From contig NIVC01000690.1 in NCBI GenBank assembly GCA_002269645.1, forward strand, positions 413,196 through 477,195: DNA of 64,000 nucleotides. Reading direction: 5' to 3'. Positions 46,960 through 61,900 of the stretch are shown here, piece after piece; positions within the stretch are counted from its first letter, which is position 1; each line of letters starts with the position of its first letter. The position numbers and the translations under genes are program-made. The stretch comes from Macrostomum lignano (lineage: Eukaryota). Under the pieces are notes generated by a model. The model was not told where the DNA came from, made no database searches, and saw nothing but the letters and a program-made list of their open reading frames with translations.

Positions 46960-49900
46960 ATAAGTTTTGTACTTTTAACTCTCAGATCGGGTCTTAGCAG
47001 ATTTCTATAGCTATGCATGCAAGGGCCCCTCAGAAGAGATGCTTAAACACTGCAGTGCATTTTTCCTAGCAATTTTTGGGACACGAAGTGTTGGGCCACT
47101 GTGTGTGTGTCTAGTTTTTTCCGCATTTGTTAAGTCACCTAAAGAACTCAATTAATAAAGGGCTCCAGAACAAATTGATGGGCAAACGGATGACACACTG
47201 CACAGAGACTTGTTGGGACATATTAAAAACAGCTTCTTTTAGAATGGGTACACTTTACTAAAGTAGAATGCTCCTACAGAAAGCTGCAAGCAAACTAGCA
47301 TCTTCTGGAGCTGACATGCAGAGAAGAATGATTTGATTTTGTCGTCCTTGAAATCACTAAACAGATATGCGAAATCGATCTTTTGCTAATCCCACCACAG
47401 GTTCCAGTGAAAAGAAGAAACGAAACCCATTGACTAAATTGGCAGTCGACTCAACCGATTCCGACTGCAACAGACCTGTCAGCTTCGAACTCAGGAGAGC
47501 AGCTAATAGACTACGAGAGTAATGCTAGATGCCAGAATGCTTCACAGCATCAAAGTCTTAAGCAGAAGCTTCAATGAAAGGTTAGTTCATGCTGTGGCTG
47601 CATTCGTTTTCGTGTCTAGAAGCGTTATAACTTTTTGTACTTTTAACTCTCAGATCGGGTCTTAGCAGATTCTATAGCTATGCATGCAAGGGCCCCTCAG
47701 AAGAGATGCTTAAACACTGCAGTGCATTTTTCCTAGCAATTATTGGGACACGAAGTGTTGGGCCACTGTGTGTGTGTCTAGTTTTTTCCGCATTTGTTAA
47801 GTCACCTAAAGAACTCAATTAATAAAGGGCTCCAGAACAAATTGATGGGCAAACGGATGACACACTGCACAGAGACTTGTTGGGACATATTAAAAACAGC
47901 TTATTTTAGAATGGGTACACTTTACTAAAGTAGAATGCTCCTACAGAAAGCTGCAAGCAAACTAGCATCTTCTGGAGCTGACATGCAGAGAAGAATGATT
48001 TTGTCGTCCTTGAAATCACTAAATCGATATGCGAAATCGATCTTTTGCTAATCCCACCACAGGTTCCAATGAAAAGAAGAAACGAAACCCATTGACTAAA
48101 TTGGCAGTCGACTCAATCGATGCCGACTGCAACTGACCTGTCAGCTTCGAACTCAGGAGAGCAGCTAATAGTCTACGAGAGTAATGCTAGATGCCAGAAT
48201 GCTTCACAGCATCAAAGTCTTAAGCAGAAGCTTCAATGAAAGGTTAGTTCATGCTGTGGCTGCATTCGTTTTCGTGTCTAGAAGCGTTATAACTTTTTGT
48301 ACTTTTAACTCTCAGATCGGGTCTTAGCAGATTCTATAGCTATGCATGCAAGGGCCCCTCAGAAGAGATGCTTAAACACTGCAGTGCATTTTTCCTAGCA
48401 ATTATTGGGACACGAAGTGTTGGGCCACTGTGTGTGTGTCTAGTTTTTTCCGCATTTGTTAAGTCACCTAAAGAACTCAATTAATAAAGGGCTCCAGAAC
48501 AAATTGATGGGCAAACGGATGACACACTGCACAGAGACTTGTTGGGACAGATTAAAAACATCTTATTTTAGAATGGGTACACTTTACTAAAGTAGAATGC
48601 TCCTACAGAAAGCTGCAAGCAAACTAGCATCTTCTGGAGCTGACATGCAGAGAAGAATGATTTTGTCGTCCTTGAAATCACTAAACAGATATGCGAAATC
48701 GATCTTTTGCTAATCCCACCACAGGTTCCAGTGAAAAGAAGAAACGAAACCCATTGACTAAATTGGCAGTCGACTCAATCGATGCCGACTGCAACGGACC
48801 TGTCAGCTTCGAACTCAGGAGAGCAGCTAATAGACTACGAGAGTAATGCTAGATGCCAGAATGCTTCACAGCATCAAAGTCTTAAGCAGAAGCTTCAATG
48901 AAAGGTTAGTTCATGCTGTGGCTGCATTCGTTTTCGTGTCTAGAAGCGTTATAACTTTTTGTACTTTTAACTCTCAGATCGGGTCTTAGCAGATTCTATA
49001 GCTATGCATGCAAGGGCCCCTCAGAAGAGATGCTTAAACACTGCAGTGCATTTTTCCTAGCAATTATTGGGACACGAAGTGTTGGGCCACTGTGTGTGTG
49101 TCTAGTTTTTTCCGCATTTGTTAAGTCACCTAAAGAACTCAATTAATAAAGGGCTCCAGAACAAATTGATGGGCAAACGGATGACACACTGCACAGAGAC
49201 TTGTTGGGACATATTAAAAACAGCTTATTTTAGAATGGGTACACTTTACTAAAGTAGAATGCTCCTACAGAAAGCTGCAAGCAAACTAGCATCTTCTGGA
49301 GCTGACATGCAGAGAAGAATGATTTTTTTGTCGTCCTTGAAATCACTAAACAGATATGCGAAATCGATCTTTTGCTAATCCCACCACAGGTTCCAATGAA
49401 AAGAAGAAACGAAACCCATTGACTAAATTGGCAGTCGACTCAATCGATGCCGACTGCAACAGACCTGTCAGCTTCGAACTCAGGAGAGCAGCTAATAGTC
49501 TACGAGAGTAATGCTAGATGCCAGAATGCTTCACAGCATCAAAGTCTTAAGCAGAAGCTTCAATGAAAGGTTAGTTCATGCTGTGGCTGCATTCGTTTTC
49601 GTGTCTAGAAGCGTTATAACTTTTTGTACTTTTAACTCTCAGATCGGGTCTTAGCAGATTCTATAGCTATGCATGCAAGGGCCCCTCAGAGGAGATGCTT
49701 AAACACTGCAGTGCATTTTTCCTAGCAATTATTGGGACACGAAGTGTTGGGCCACTGTGTGTGTGTGTGTCTAGTTTTTTCCGCATTTGTTAAGTCACCT
49801 AAAGAACTCAATTAATAAAGGGCTCCAGAACAAATTGATGGGCAAACGGATGACACACTGCACAGAGACTTGTTGGGACATATTAAAAACAGCTTATTTT

Positions 49901-52900
49901 AGAATGGGTACACTTTACTAAAGTAGAATGCTCCTACAGAAAGCTGCAAGCAAACTAGCATCTTCTGGAGCTGACATGCAGAGAAGAATGATTTTGTCGT
50001 CCTTGAAATCACTAAATCGATATGCGAAATCGATCTTTTGCTAATCCCACCACAGGTTCCAATGAAAAGAAGAAACGAAACCCATTGACTAAATTGGCAG
50101 TCGACTCAATCGATGCCGACTGCAACTGACCTGTCAGCTTCGAACTCAGGAGAGCAGCTAATAGTCTACGAGAGTAATGCTAGATGCCAGAATGCTTCAC
50201 AGCATCAAAGTCTTAAGCAGAAGCTTCAATGAAAGGTTAGTTCATGCTGTGGCTGCATTCGTTTTCGTGTCTAGAAGCGTTATAACTTTTTGTACTTTTA
50301 ACTCTCAGATCGGGTCTTAGCAGATTCTATAGCTATGCATGCAAGGGCCCCTCAGAGGAGATGCTTAAACACTGCAGTGCATTTTTCCTAGCAATTATTG
50401 GGACACGAAGTGTTGGGCCACTGTGTGTGTGTGTCTAGTTTTTTCCGCATTTGTTAAGTCACCTAAAGAACTCAATTAATAAAGGGCTCCAGAACAAATT
50501 GATGGGCAAACGGATGACACACTGCACAGAGACTTGTTGGGACATATTAAAAACAGCTTATTTTAGAATGGGTACACTTTACTAAAGTAGAATGCTCCTA
50601 CAGAAAGCTGCAAGCAAACTAGCATCTTCTGGAGCTGACATGCAGAGAAGAATGATTTTGTCGTCCTTGAAATCACTAAATCGATATGCGAAATCGATCT
50701 TTTGCTAATCCACCACAGGTGAAAAGAAGAAACGAAACCCATTGACTAAATTGGCAGTCGACTCAATCGATGCCGACTGCAACTGACCTGTCAGCTTCGA
50801 ACTCAGGAGAGCAGCTAATAGTCTACGAGAGTAATGCTAGATGCCAGAATGCTTCACAGCATCAAAGTCTTAAGCAGAAGCTTCAATGAAAGGTTAGTTC
50901 ATGCTGTGGCTGCATTCGTTTTCGTGTCTAGAAGCGTTATAACTTTTTGTACTTTTAACTCTCAGATCGGGTCTTAGCAGATTCTATAGCTATGCATGCA
51001 AGGGCCCCTCAGAGAGATGCTTAAACACTGCAGTGCATTTTTCCTAGCAATTATTGGGACACGAAGTGTTGGGCCACTGTGTGTGTGTCTAGTTTTTTCC
51101 GCATTTGTTAAGTCACCTAAAGAACTCAATTAATAAAGGGCTCCAGAACAAATTGATGGGCAAACGGATGACACACTGCACAGAGACTTGTTGGGACATA
51201 TTAAAAACAGCTTATTTTAGAATGGGTACACTTTACTAAAGTAGAATGCTCCTACAGAAAGCTGCAAGCAAACTAGCATCTTCTGGAGCTGACATGCAGA
51301 GAAGAATGATTTTGTCGTCCTTGAAATCACTAAACAGATATGCGAAATCGATCTTTTGCTAATCCCACCACAGGTTCCAGTGAAAAGAAGAAACGAAACC
51401 CATTGACTAAATTGGCAGTCGACTCAATCGATGCCGACTGCAACTGACCTGTCAGCTTCGAACTCAGGAGAGCAGCTAATAGTCTACGAGAGTAATGCTA
51501 GATGCCAGAATGCTTCACAGCATCAAAGTCTTAAGCAGAAGCTTCAATGAAAGGTTAGTTCATGCTGTGGCTGCATTCGTTTTCGTGTCTAGAAGCGTTA
51601 TAACTTTTTGTACTTTTAACTCTCAGATCGGGTCTTAGCAGATTCTATAGCTATGCATGCAAGGGCCCCTCAGAGAGATGCTTAAACACTGCAGTGCATT
51701 TTTCCTAGCAATTATTGGGACACGAAGTGTTGGGCCACTGTGTGTGTGTCTAGTTTTTTCCGCATTTGTTAAGTCACCTAAAGAACTCAATTAATAAAGG
51801 GCTCCAGAACAAATTGATGGGCAAACGGATGACACACTGCACAGAGACTTGTTGGGACATATTAAAAACAGCTTATTTTAGAATGGGTACACTTTACTAA
51901 AGTAGAATGCTCCTACAGAAAGCTGCAAGCAAACTAGCATCTTCTGGAGCTGACATGCAGAGAAGAATGATTTTGTCGTCCTTGAAATCACTAAATCGAT
52001 ATGCGAAATCGATCTTTTGCTAATCCCACCACAGGTTCCAGTGAAAAGAAGAAACGAAACCCATTGACTAAATTGGCAGTCGACTCAATCGATGCCGACT
52101 GCAACTGACCTGTCAGCTTCGAACTCAGGAGAGCAGCTAATAGTCTACGAGAGTAATGCTAGATGCCAGAATGCTTCACAGCATCAAAGTCTTAAGCAGA
52201 AGCTTCAATGAAAGGTTAGTTCATGCTGTGGCTGCATTCGTTTTCGTGTCTAGAAGCGTTATAACTTTTTGTACTTTTAACTCTCAGATCGGGTCTTAGC
52301 AGATTCTATAGCTATGCATGCAAGGGCCCCTCAGAGGAGATGCTTAAACACTGCAGTGCATTTTTCCTAGCAATTATTGGGACACGAAGTGTTGGGCCAC
52401 TGTGTGTGTGTCTAGTTTTTTCCGCATTTGTTAAGTCACCTAAAGAACTCAATTAATAAAGGGCTCCAGAACAAATTGATGGGCAAACGGATGACACACT
52501 GCACAGAGACTTGTTGGGACATATTAAAAACAGCTTATTTTAGAATGGGTACACTTTACTAAAGTAGAATGCTCCTACAGAAAGCTGCAAGCAAACTAGC
52601 ATCTTCTGGAGCTGACATGCAGAGAAGAATGATTTTGTCGTCCTTGAAATCACTAAACAGATATGCGAAATCGATCTTTTGCTAATCCCACCACAGGTTC
52701 CAGTGAAAAGAAGAAACGAAACCCATTGACTAAATTGGCAGTCGACTCAATCGATGCCGACTGCAACTGACCTGTCAGCTTCGAACTCAGGAGAGCAGCT
52801 AATAGTCTACGAGAGTAATGCTAGATGCCAGAATGCTTCACAGCATCAAAGTCTTAAGCAGAAGCTTCAATGAAAGGTTAGTTCATGCTGTGGCTGCATT

Positions 52901-55900
52901 CGTTTTCGTGTCTAGAAGCGTTATAACTTTTTGTACTTTTAACTCTCAGATCGGGTCTTAGCAGATTCTATAGCTATGCATGCAAGGGCCCCTCAGAGAG
53001 ATGCTTAAACACTGCAGTGCATTTTTCCTAGCAATTATTGGGACACGAAGTGTTGGGCCACTGTGTGTGTGTCTAGTTTTTTCCGCATTTGTTAAGTCAC
53101 CTAAAGAACTCAATTAATAAAGGGCTCCAGAACAAATTGATGGGCAAACGGATGACACACTGCACAGAGACTTGTTGGGACATATTAAAAACAGCTTATT
53201 TTAGAATGGGTACACTTTACTAAAGTAGAATGCTCCTACAGAAAGCTGCAAGCAAACTAGCATCTTCTGGAGCTGACATGCAGAGAAGAATGATTTTGTC
53301 GTCCTTGAAATCACTAAACAGATATGCGAAATCGATCTTTTGCTAATCCCACCACAGGTTCCAGTGAAAAGAAGAAACGAAACCCATTGACTAAATTGGC
53401 AGTCGACTCAATCGATGCCGACTGCAACGACCTGTCAGCTTCGAACTCAGGAGAGCAGCTAATAGTCTACGAGAGTAATGCTAGATGCCAGAATGCTTCA
53501 CAGCATCAAAGTCTTAAGCAGAAGCTTCAATGAAAGGTTAGTTCATGCTGTGGCTGCATTCGTTTTCGTGTCTAGAAGCGTTATAACTTTTTGTACTTTT
53601 AACTCTCAGATCGGGTCTTAGCAGATTCTATAGCTATGCATGCAAGGGCCCCTCAGAGGAGATGCTTAAACACTGCAGTGCATTTTTCCTAGCAATTATT
53701 GGGACACGAAGTGTTGGGCCACTGTGTGTGTGTCTAGTTTTTTCCGCATTTGTTAAGTCACCTAAAGAACTCAATTAATAAAGGGCTCCAGAACAAATTG
53801 ATGGGCAAACGGATGACACACTGCACAGAGACTTGTTGGGACATATTAAAAACAGCTTATTTTAGAATGGGTACACTTTACTAAAGTAGAATGCTCCTAC
53901 AGAAAGCTGCAAGCAAACTAGCATCTTCTGGAGCTGACATGCAGAGAAGAATGATTTTGTCGTCCTTGAAATCACTAAACAGATATGCGAAATCGATCTT
54001 TTGCTAATCCCACCACAGGTTCCAGTGAAAAGAAGAAACGAAACCCATTGACTAAATTGGCAGTCGACTCAATCGATGCCGACTGCAACGGACCTGTCAG
54101 CTTCGAACTCAGGAGAGCAGCTAATAGTCTACGAGAGTAATGCTAGATGCCAGAATGCTTCACAGCATCAAAGTCTTAAGCAGAAGCTTCAATGAAAGGT
54201 TAGTTCATGCTGTGGCTGCATTCGTTTTCGTGTCTAGAAGCGTTATAACTTTTTGTACTTTTAACTCTCAGATCGGGTCTTAGCAGATTCTATAGCTATG
54301 CATGCAAGGGCCCCTCAGAGGAGATGCTTAAACACTGCAGTGCATTTTTCCTAGCAATTATTGGGACACGAAGTGTTGGGCCACTGTGTGTGTGTCTAGT
54401 TTTTTCCGCATTTGTTAAGTCACCTAAAGAACTCAATTAATAAAGGGCTCCAGAACAAATTGATGGGCAAACGGATGACACACTGCACAGAGACTTGTTG
54501 GGACATATTAAAAACAGCTTATTTTAGAATGGGTACACTTTACTAAAGTAGAATGCTCCTACAGAAAGCTGCAAGCAAACTAGCATCTTCTGGAGCTGAC
54601 ATGCAGAGAAGAATGATTTTGTCGTCCTTGAAATCACTAAATAGATATGCGAAATCGATCTTTTGCTAATCCCACCACAGGTTCCAGTGAAAAGAAGAAA
54701 CGAAACCCATTGACTAAATTGGCAGTCGACTCAATCGATGCCGACTGCAACGGACCTGTCAGCTTCGAACTCAGGAGAGCAGCTAATAGTCTACGAGAGT
54801 AATGCTAGATGCCAGAATGCTTCACAGCATCAAAGTCTTAAGCAGAAGCTTCAATGAAAGGTTAGTTCATGCTGTGGCTGCATTCGTTTTCGTGTCTAGA
54901 AGCGTTATAACTTTTTGTACTTTTAACTCTCAGATCGGGTCTTAGCAGATTCTATAGCTATGCATGCAAGGGCCCCTCAGAGGAGATGCTTAAACACTGC
55001 AGTGCATTTTTCCTAGCAATTATTGGGACACGAAGTGTTGGGCCACTGTGTGTGTGTCTAGTTTTTTCCGCATTTGTTAAGTCACCTAAAGAACTCAATT
55101 AATAAAGGGCTCCAGAACAAATTGATGGGCAAACGGATGACACACTGCACAGAGACTTGTTGGGACATATTAAAAACAGCTTATTTTAGAATGGGTACAC
55201 TTTACTAAAGTAGAATGCTCCTACAGAAAGCTGCAAGCAAACTAGCATCTTCTGGAGCTGACATGCAGAGAAGAATGATTTTGTCGTCCTTGAAATCACT
55301 AAATAGATATGCGAAATCGATCTTTTGCTAATCCCACCACAGGTTCCAGTGAAAAGAAGAAACGAAACCCATTGACTAAATTGGCAGTCGACTCAATCGA
55401 TGCCGACTGCAACGGACCTGTCAGCTTCGAACTCAGGAGAGCAGCTAATAGTCTACGAGAGTAATGCTAGATGCCAGAATGCTTCACAGCATCAAAGTCT
55501 TAAGCAGAAGCTTCAATGAAAGGTTAGTTCATGCTGTGGCTGCATTCGTTTTCGTGTCTAGAAGCGTTATAACTTTTTGTACTTTTAACTCTCAGATCGG
55601 GTCTTAGCAGATTCTATAGCTATGCATGCAAGGGCCCCTCAGAGGAGATGCTTAAACACTGCAGTGCATTTTTCCTAGCAATTATTGGGACACGAAGTGT
55701 TGGGCCACTGTGTGTGTGTCTAGTTTTTTCCGCATTTGTTAAGTCACCTAAAGAACTCAATTAATAAAGGGCTCCAGAACAAATTGATGGGCAAACGGAT
55801 GACACACTGCACAGAGACTTGTTGGGACATATTAAAAACAGCTTATTTTAGAATGGGTACACTTTACTAAAGTAGAATGCTCCTACAGAAAGCTGCAAGC

Positions 55901-58900
55901 AAACTAGCATCTTCTGGAGCTGACATGCAGAGAAGAATGATTTTGTCGTCCTTGAAATCACTAAATAGATATGCGAAATCGATCTTTTGCTAATCCCACC
56001 ACAGGTTCCAGTGAAAAGAAGAAACGAAACCCATTGACTAAATTGGCAGTCGACTCAATCGATGCCGACTGCAACGGACCTGTCAGCTTCGAACTCAGGA
56101 GAGCAGCTAATAGTCTACGAGAGTAATGCTAGATGCCAGAATGCTTCACAGCATCAAAGTCTTAAGCAGAAGCTTCAATGAAAGGTTAGTTCATGCTGTG
56201 GCTGCATTCGTTTTCGTGTCTAGAAGCGTTATAACTTTTTGTACTTTTAACTCTCAGATCGGGTCTTAGCAGATTCTATAGCTATGCATGCAAGGGCCCC
56301 TCAGAGGAGATGCTTAAACACTGCAGTGCATTTTTCCTAGCAATTATTGGGACACGAAGTGTTGGGCCACTGTGTGTGTGTCTAGTTTTTTCCGCATTTG
56401 TTAAGTCACCTAAAGAACTCAATTAATAAAGGGCTCCAGAACAAATTGATGGGCAAACGGATGACACACTGCACAGAGACTTGTTGGGACATATTAAAAA
56501 CAGCTTATTTTAGAATGGGTACACTTTACTAAAGTAGAATGCTCCTACAGAAAGCTGCAAGCAAACTAGCATCTTCTGGAGCTGACATGCAGAGAAGAAT
56601 GATTTTGTCGTCCTTGAAATCACTAAATAGATATGCGAAATCGATCTTTTGCTAATCCCACCACAGGTTCCAGTGAAAAGAAGAAACGAAACCCATTGAC
56701 TAAATTGGCAGTCGACTCAATCGATGCCGACTGCAACGGACCTGTCAGCTTCGAACTCAGGAGAGCAGCTAATAGTCTACGAGAGTAATGCTAGATGCCA
56801 GAATGCTTCACAGCATCAAAGTCTTAAGCAGAAGCTTCAATGAAAGGTTAGTTCATGCTGTGGCTGCATTCGTTTTCGTGTCTAGAAGCGTTATAACTTT
56901 TTGTACTTTTAACTCTCAGATCGGGTCTTAGCAGATTCTATAGCTATGCATGCAAGGGCCCCTCAGAGGAGATGCTTAAACACTGCAGTGCATTTTTCCT
57001 AGCAATTATTGGGACACGAAGTGTTGGGCCACTGTGTGTGTGTCTAGTTTTTTCCGCATTTGTTAAGTCACCTAAAGAACTCAATTAATAAAGGGCTCCA
57101 GAACAAATTGATGGGCAAACGGATGACACACTGCACAGAGACTTGTTGGGACATATTAAAAACAGCTTATTTTAGAATGGGTACACTTTACTAAAGTAGA
57201 ATGCTCCTACAGAAAGCTGCAAGCAAACTAGCATCTTCTGGAGCTGACATGCAGAGAAGAATGATTTTGTCGTCCTTGAAATCACTAAATAGATATGCGA
57301 AATCGATCTTTTGCTAATCCCACCACAGGTTCCAGTGAAAAGAAGAAACGAAACCCATTGACTAAATTGGCAGTCGACTCAATCGATGCCGACTGCAACG
57401 GACCTGTCAGCTTCGAACTCAGGAGAGCAGCTAATAGTCTACGAGAGTAATGCTAGATGCCAGAATGCTTCACAGCATCAAAGTCTTAAGCAGAAGCTTC
57501 AATGAAAGGTTAGTTCATGCTGTGGCTGCATTCGTTTTCGTGTCTAGAAGCGTTATAACTTTTTGTACTTTTAACTCTCAGATCGGGTCTTAGCAGATTC
57601 TATAGCTATGCATGCAAGGGCCCCTCAGAGGAGATGCTTAAACACTGCAGTGCATTTTTCCTAGCAATTATTGGGACACGAAGTGTTGGGCCACTGTGTG
57701 TGTGTCTAGTTTTTTCCGCATTTGTTAAGTCACCTAAAGAACTCAATTAATAAAGGGCTCCAGAACAAATTGATGGGCAAACGGATGACACACTGCACAG
57801 AGACTTGTTGGGACATATTAAAAACAGCTTATTTTAGAATGGGTACACTTTACTAAAGTAGAATGCTCCTACAGAAAGCTGCAAGCAAACTAGCATCTTC
57901 TGGAGCTGACATGCAGAGAAGAATGATTTTGTCGTCCTTGAAATCACTAAATAGATATGCGAAATCGATCTTTTGCTAATCCCACCACAGGTTCCAGTGA
58001 AAAGAAGAAACGAAACCCATTGACTAAATTGGCAGTCGACTCAATCGATGCCGACTGCAACGGACCTGTCAGCTTCGAACTCAGGAGAGCAGCTAATAGT
58101 CTACGAGAGTAATGCTAGATGCCAGAATGCTTCACAGCATCAAAGTCTTAAGCAGAAGCTTCAATGAAAGGTTAGTTCATGCTGTGGCTGCATTCGTTTT
58201 CGTGTCTAGAAGCGTTATAACTTTTTGTACTTTTAACTCTCAGATCGGGTCTTAGCAGATTCTATAGCTATGCATGCAAGGGCCCCTCAGAGGAGATGCT
58301 TAAACACTGCAGTGCATTTTTCCTAGCAATTATTGGGACACGAAGTGTTGGGCCACTGTGTGTGTGTCTAGTTTTTTCCGCATTTGTTAAGTCACCTAAA
58401 GAACTCAATTAATAAAGGGCTCCAGAACAAATTGATGGGCAAACGGATGACACACTGCACAGAGACTTGTTGGGACATATTAAAAACAGCTTATTTTAGA
58501 ATGGGTACACTTTACTAAAGTAGAATGCTCCTACAGAAAGCTGCAAGCAAACTAGCATCTTCTGGAGCTGACATGCAGAGAAGAATGATTTTGTCGTCCT
58601 TGAAATCACTAAATAGATATGCGAAATCGATCTTTTGCTAATCCCACCACAGGTTCCAGTGAAAAGAAGAAACGAAACCCATTGACTAAATTGGCAGTCG
58701 ACTCAATCGATGCCGACTGCAACGGACCTGTCAGCTTCGAACTCAGGAGAGCAGCTAATAGTCTACGAGAGTAATGCTAGATGCCAGAATGCTTCACAGC
58801 ATCAAAGTCTTAAGCAGAAGCTTCAATGAAAGGTTAGTTCATGCTGTGGCTGCATTCGTTTTCGTGTCTAGAAGCGTTATAACTTTTTGTACTTTTAACT

Positions 58901-61900
58901 CTCAGATCGGGTCTTAGCAGATTCTATAGCTATGCATGCAAGGGCCCCTCAGAGGAGATGCTTAAACACTGCAGTGCATTTTTCCTAGCAATTATTGGGA
59001 CACGAAGTGTTGGGCCACTGTGTGTGTGTCTAGTTTTTTCCGCATTTGTTAAGTCACCTAAAGAACTCAATTAATAAAGGGCTCCAGAACAAATTGATGG
59101 GCAAACGGATGACACACTGCACAGAGACTTGTTGGGACATATTAAAAACAGCTTATTTTAGAATGGGTACACTTTACTAAAGTAGAATGCTCCTACAGAA
59201 AGCTGCAAGCAAACTAGCATCTTCTGGAGCTGACATGCAGAGAAGAATGATTTTGTCGTCCTTGAAATCACTAAATAGATATGCGAAATCGATCTTTTGC
59301 TAATCCCACCACAGGTTCCAGTGAAAAGAAGAAACGAAACCCATTGACTAAATTGGCAGTCGACTCAATCGATGCCGACTGCAACGGACCTGTCAGCTTC
59401 GAACTCAGGAGAGCAGCTAATAGTCTACGAGAGTAATGCTAGATGCCAGAATGCTTCACAGCATCAAAGTCTTAAGCAGAAGCTTCAATGAAAGGTTAGT
59501 TCATGCTGTGGCTGCATTCGTTTTCGTGTCTAGAAGCGTTATAACTTTTTGTACTTTTAACTCTCAGATCGGGTCTTAGCAGATTCTATAGCTATGCATG
59601 CAAGGGCCCCTCAGAGGAGATGCTTAAACACTGCAGTGCATTTTTCCTAGCAATTATTGGGACACGAAGTGTTGGGCCACTGTGTGTGTGTCTAGTTTTT
59701 TCCGCATTTGTTAAGTCACCTAAAGAACTCAATTAATAAAGGGCTCCAGAACAAATTGATGGGCAAACGGATGACACACTGCACAGAGACTTGTTGGGAC
59801 ATATTAAAAACAGCTTATTTTAGAATGGGTACACTTTACTAAAGTAGAATGCTCCTACAGAAAGCTGCAAGCAAACTAGCATCTTCTGGAGCTGACATGC
59901 AGAGAAGAATGATTTTGTCGTCCTTGAAATCACTAAATAGATATGCGAAATCGATCTTTTGCTAATCCCACCACAGGTTCCAGTGAAAAGAAGAAACGAA
60001 ACCCATTGACTAAATTGGCAGTCGACTCAATCGATGCCGACTGCAACGGACCTGTCAGCTTCGAACTCAGGAGAGCAGCTAATAGTCTACGAGAGTAATG
60101 CTAGATGCCAGAATGCTTCACAGCATCAAAGTCTTAAGCAGAAGCTTCAATGAAAGGTTAGTTCATGCTGTGGCTGCATTCGTTTTCGTGTCTAGAAGCG
60201 TTATAACTTTTTGTACTTTTAACTCTCAGATCGGGTCTTAGCAGATTCTATAGCTATGCATGCAAGGGCCCCTCAGAGGAGATGCTTAAACACTGCAGTG
60301 CATTTTTCCTAGCAATTATTGGGACACGAAGTGTTGGGCCACTGTGTGTGTGTCTAGTTTTTTCCGCATTTGTTAAGTCACCTAAAGAACTCAATTAATA
60401 AAGGGCTCCAGAACAAATTGATGGGCAAACGGATGACACACTGCACAGAGACTTGTTGGGACATATTAAAAACAGCTTATTTTAGAATGGGTACACTTTA
60501 CTAAAGTAGAATGCTCCTACAGAAAGCTGCAAGCAAACTAGCATCTTCTGGAGCTGACATGCAGAGAAGAATGATTTTGTCGTCCTTGAAATCACTAAAT
60601 AGATATGCGAAATCGATCTTTTGCTAATCCCACCACAGGTTCCAGTGAAAAGAAGAAACGAAACCCATTGACTAAATTGGCAGTCGACTCAATCGATGCC
60701 GACTGCAACGACCTGTCAGCTTCGAACTCAGGAGAGCAGCTAATAGTCTACGAGAGTAATGCTAGATGCCAGAATGCTTCACAGCATCAAAGTCTTAAGC
60801 AGAAGCTTCAATGAAAGGTTAGTTCATGCTGTGGCTGCATTCGTTTTCGTGTCTAGAAGCGTTATAACTTTTTGTACTTTTAACTCTCAGATCGGGTCTT
60901 AGCAGATTCTATAGCTATGCATGCAAGGGCCCCTCAGAGGAGATGCTTAAACACTGCAGTGCATTTTTCCTAGCAATTATTGGGACACGAAGTGTTGGGC
61001 CACTGTGTGTGTGTCTAGTTTTTTCCGCATTTGTTAAGTCACCTAAAGAACTCAATTAATAAAGGGCTCCAGAACAAATTGATGGGCAAACGGATGACAC
61101 ACTGCACAGAGACTTGTTGGGACATATTAAAAACAGCTTATTTTAGAATGGGTACACTTTACTAAAGTAGAATGCTCCTACAGAAAGCTGCAAGCAAACT
61201 AGCATCTTCTGGAGCTGACATGCAGAGAAGAATGATTTTGTCGTCCTTGAAATCACTAAATAGATATGCGAAATCGATCTTTTGCTAATCCCACCACAGG
61301 TTCCAGTGAAAAGAAGAAACGAAACCCATTGACTAAATTGGCAGTCGACTCAATCGATGCCGACTGCAACGGACCTGTCAGCTTCGAACTCAGGAGAGCA
61401 GCTAATAGTCTACGAGAGTAATGCTAGATGCCAGAATGCTTCACAGCATCAAAGTCTTAAGCAGAAGCTTCAATGAAAGGTTAGTTCATGCTGTGGCTGC
61501 ATTCGTTTTCGTGTCTAGAAGCGTTATAACTTTTTGTACTTTTAACTCTCAGATCGGGTCTTAGCAGATTCTATAGCTATGCATGCAAGGGCCCCTCAGA
61601 GGAGATGCTTAAACACTGCAGTGCATTTTTCCTAGCAATTATTGGGACACGAAGTGTTGGGCCACTGTGTGTGTGTCTAGTTTTTTCCGCATTTGTTAAG
61701 TCACCTAAAGAACTCAATTAATAAAGGGCTCCAGAACAAATTGATGGGCAAACGGATGACACACTGCACAGAGACTTGTTGGGACATATTAAAAACAGCT
61801 TATTTTAGAATGGGTACACTTTACTAAAGTAGAATGCTCCTACAGAAAGCTGCAAGCAAACTAGCATCTTCTGGAGCTGACATGCAGAGAAGAATGATTT

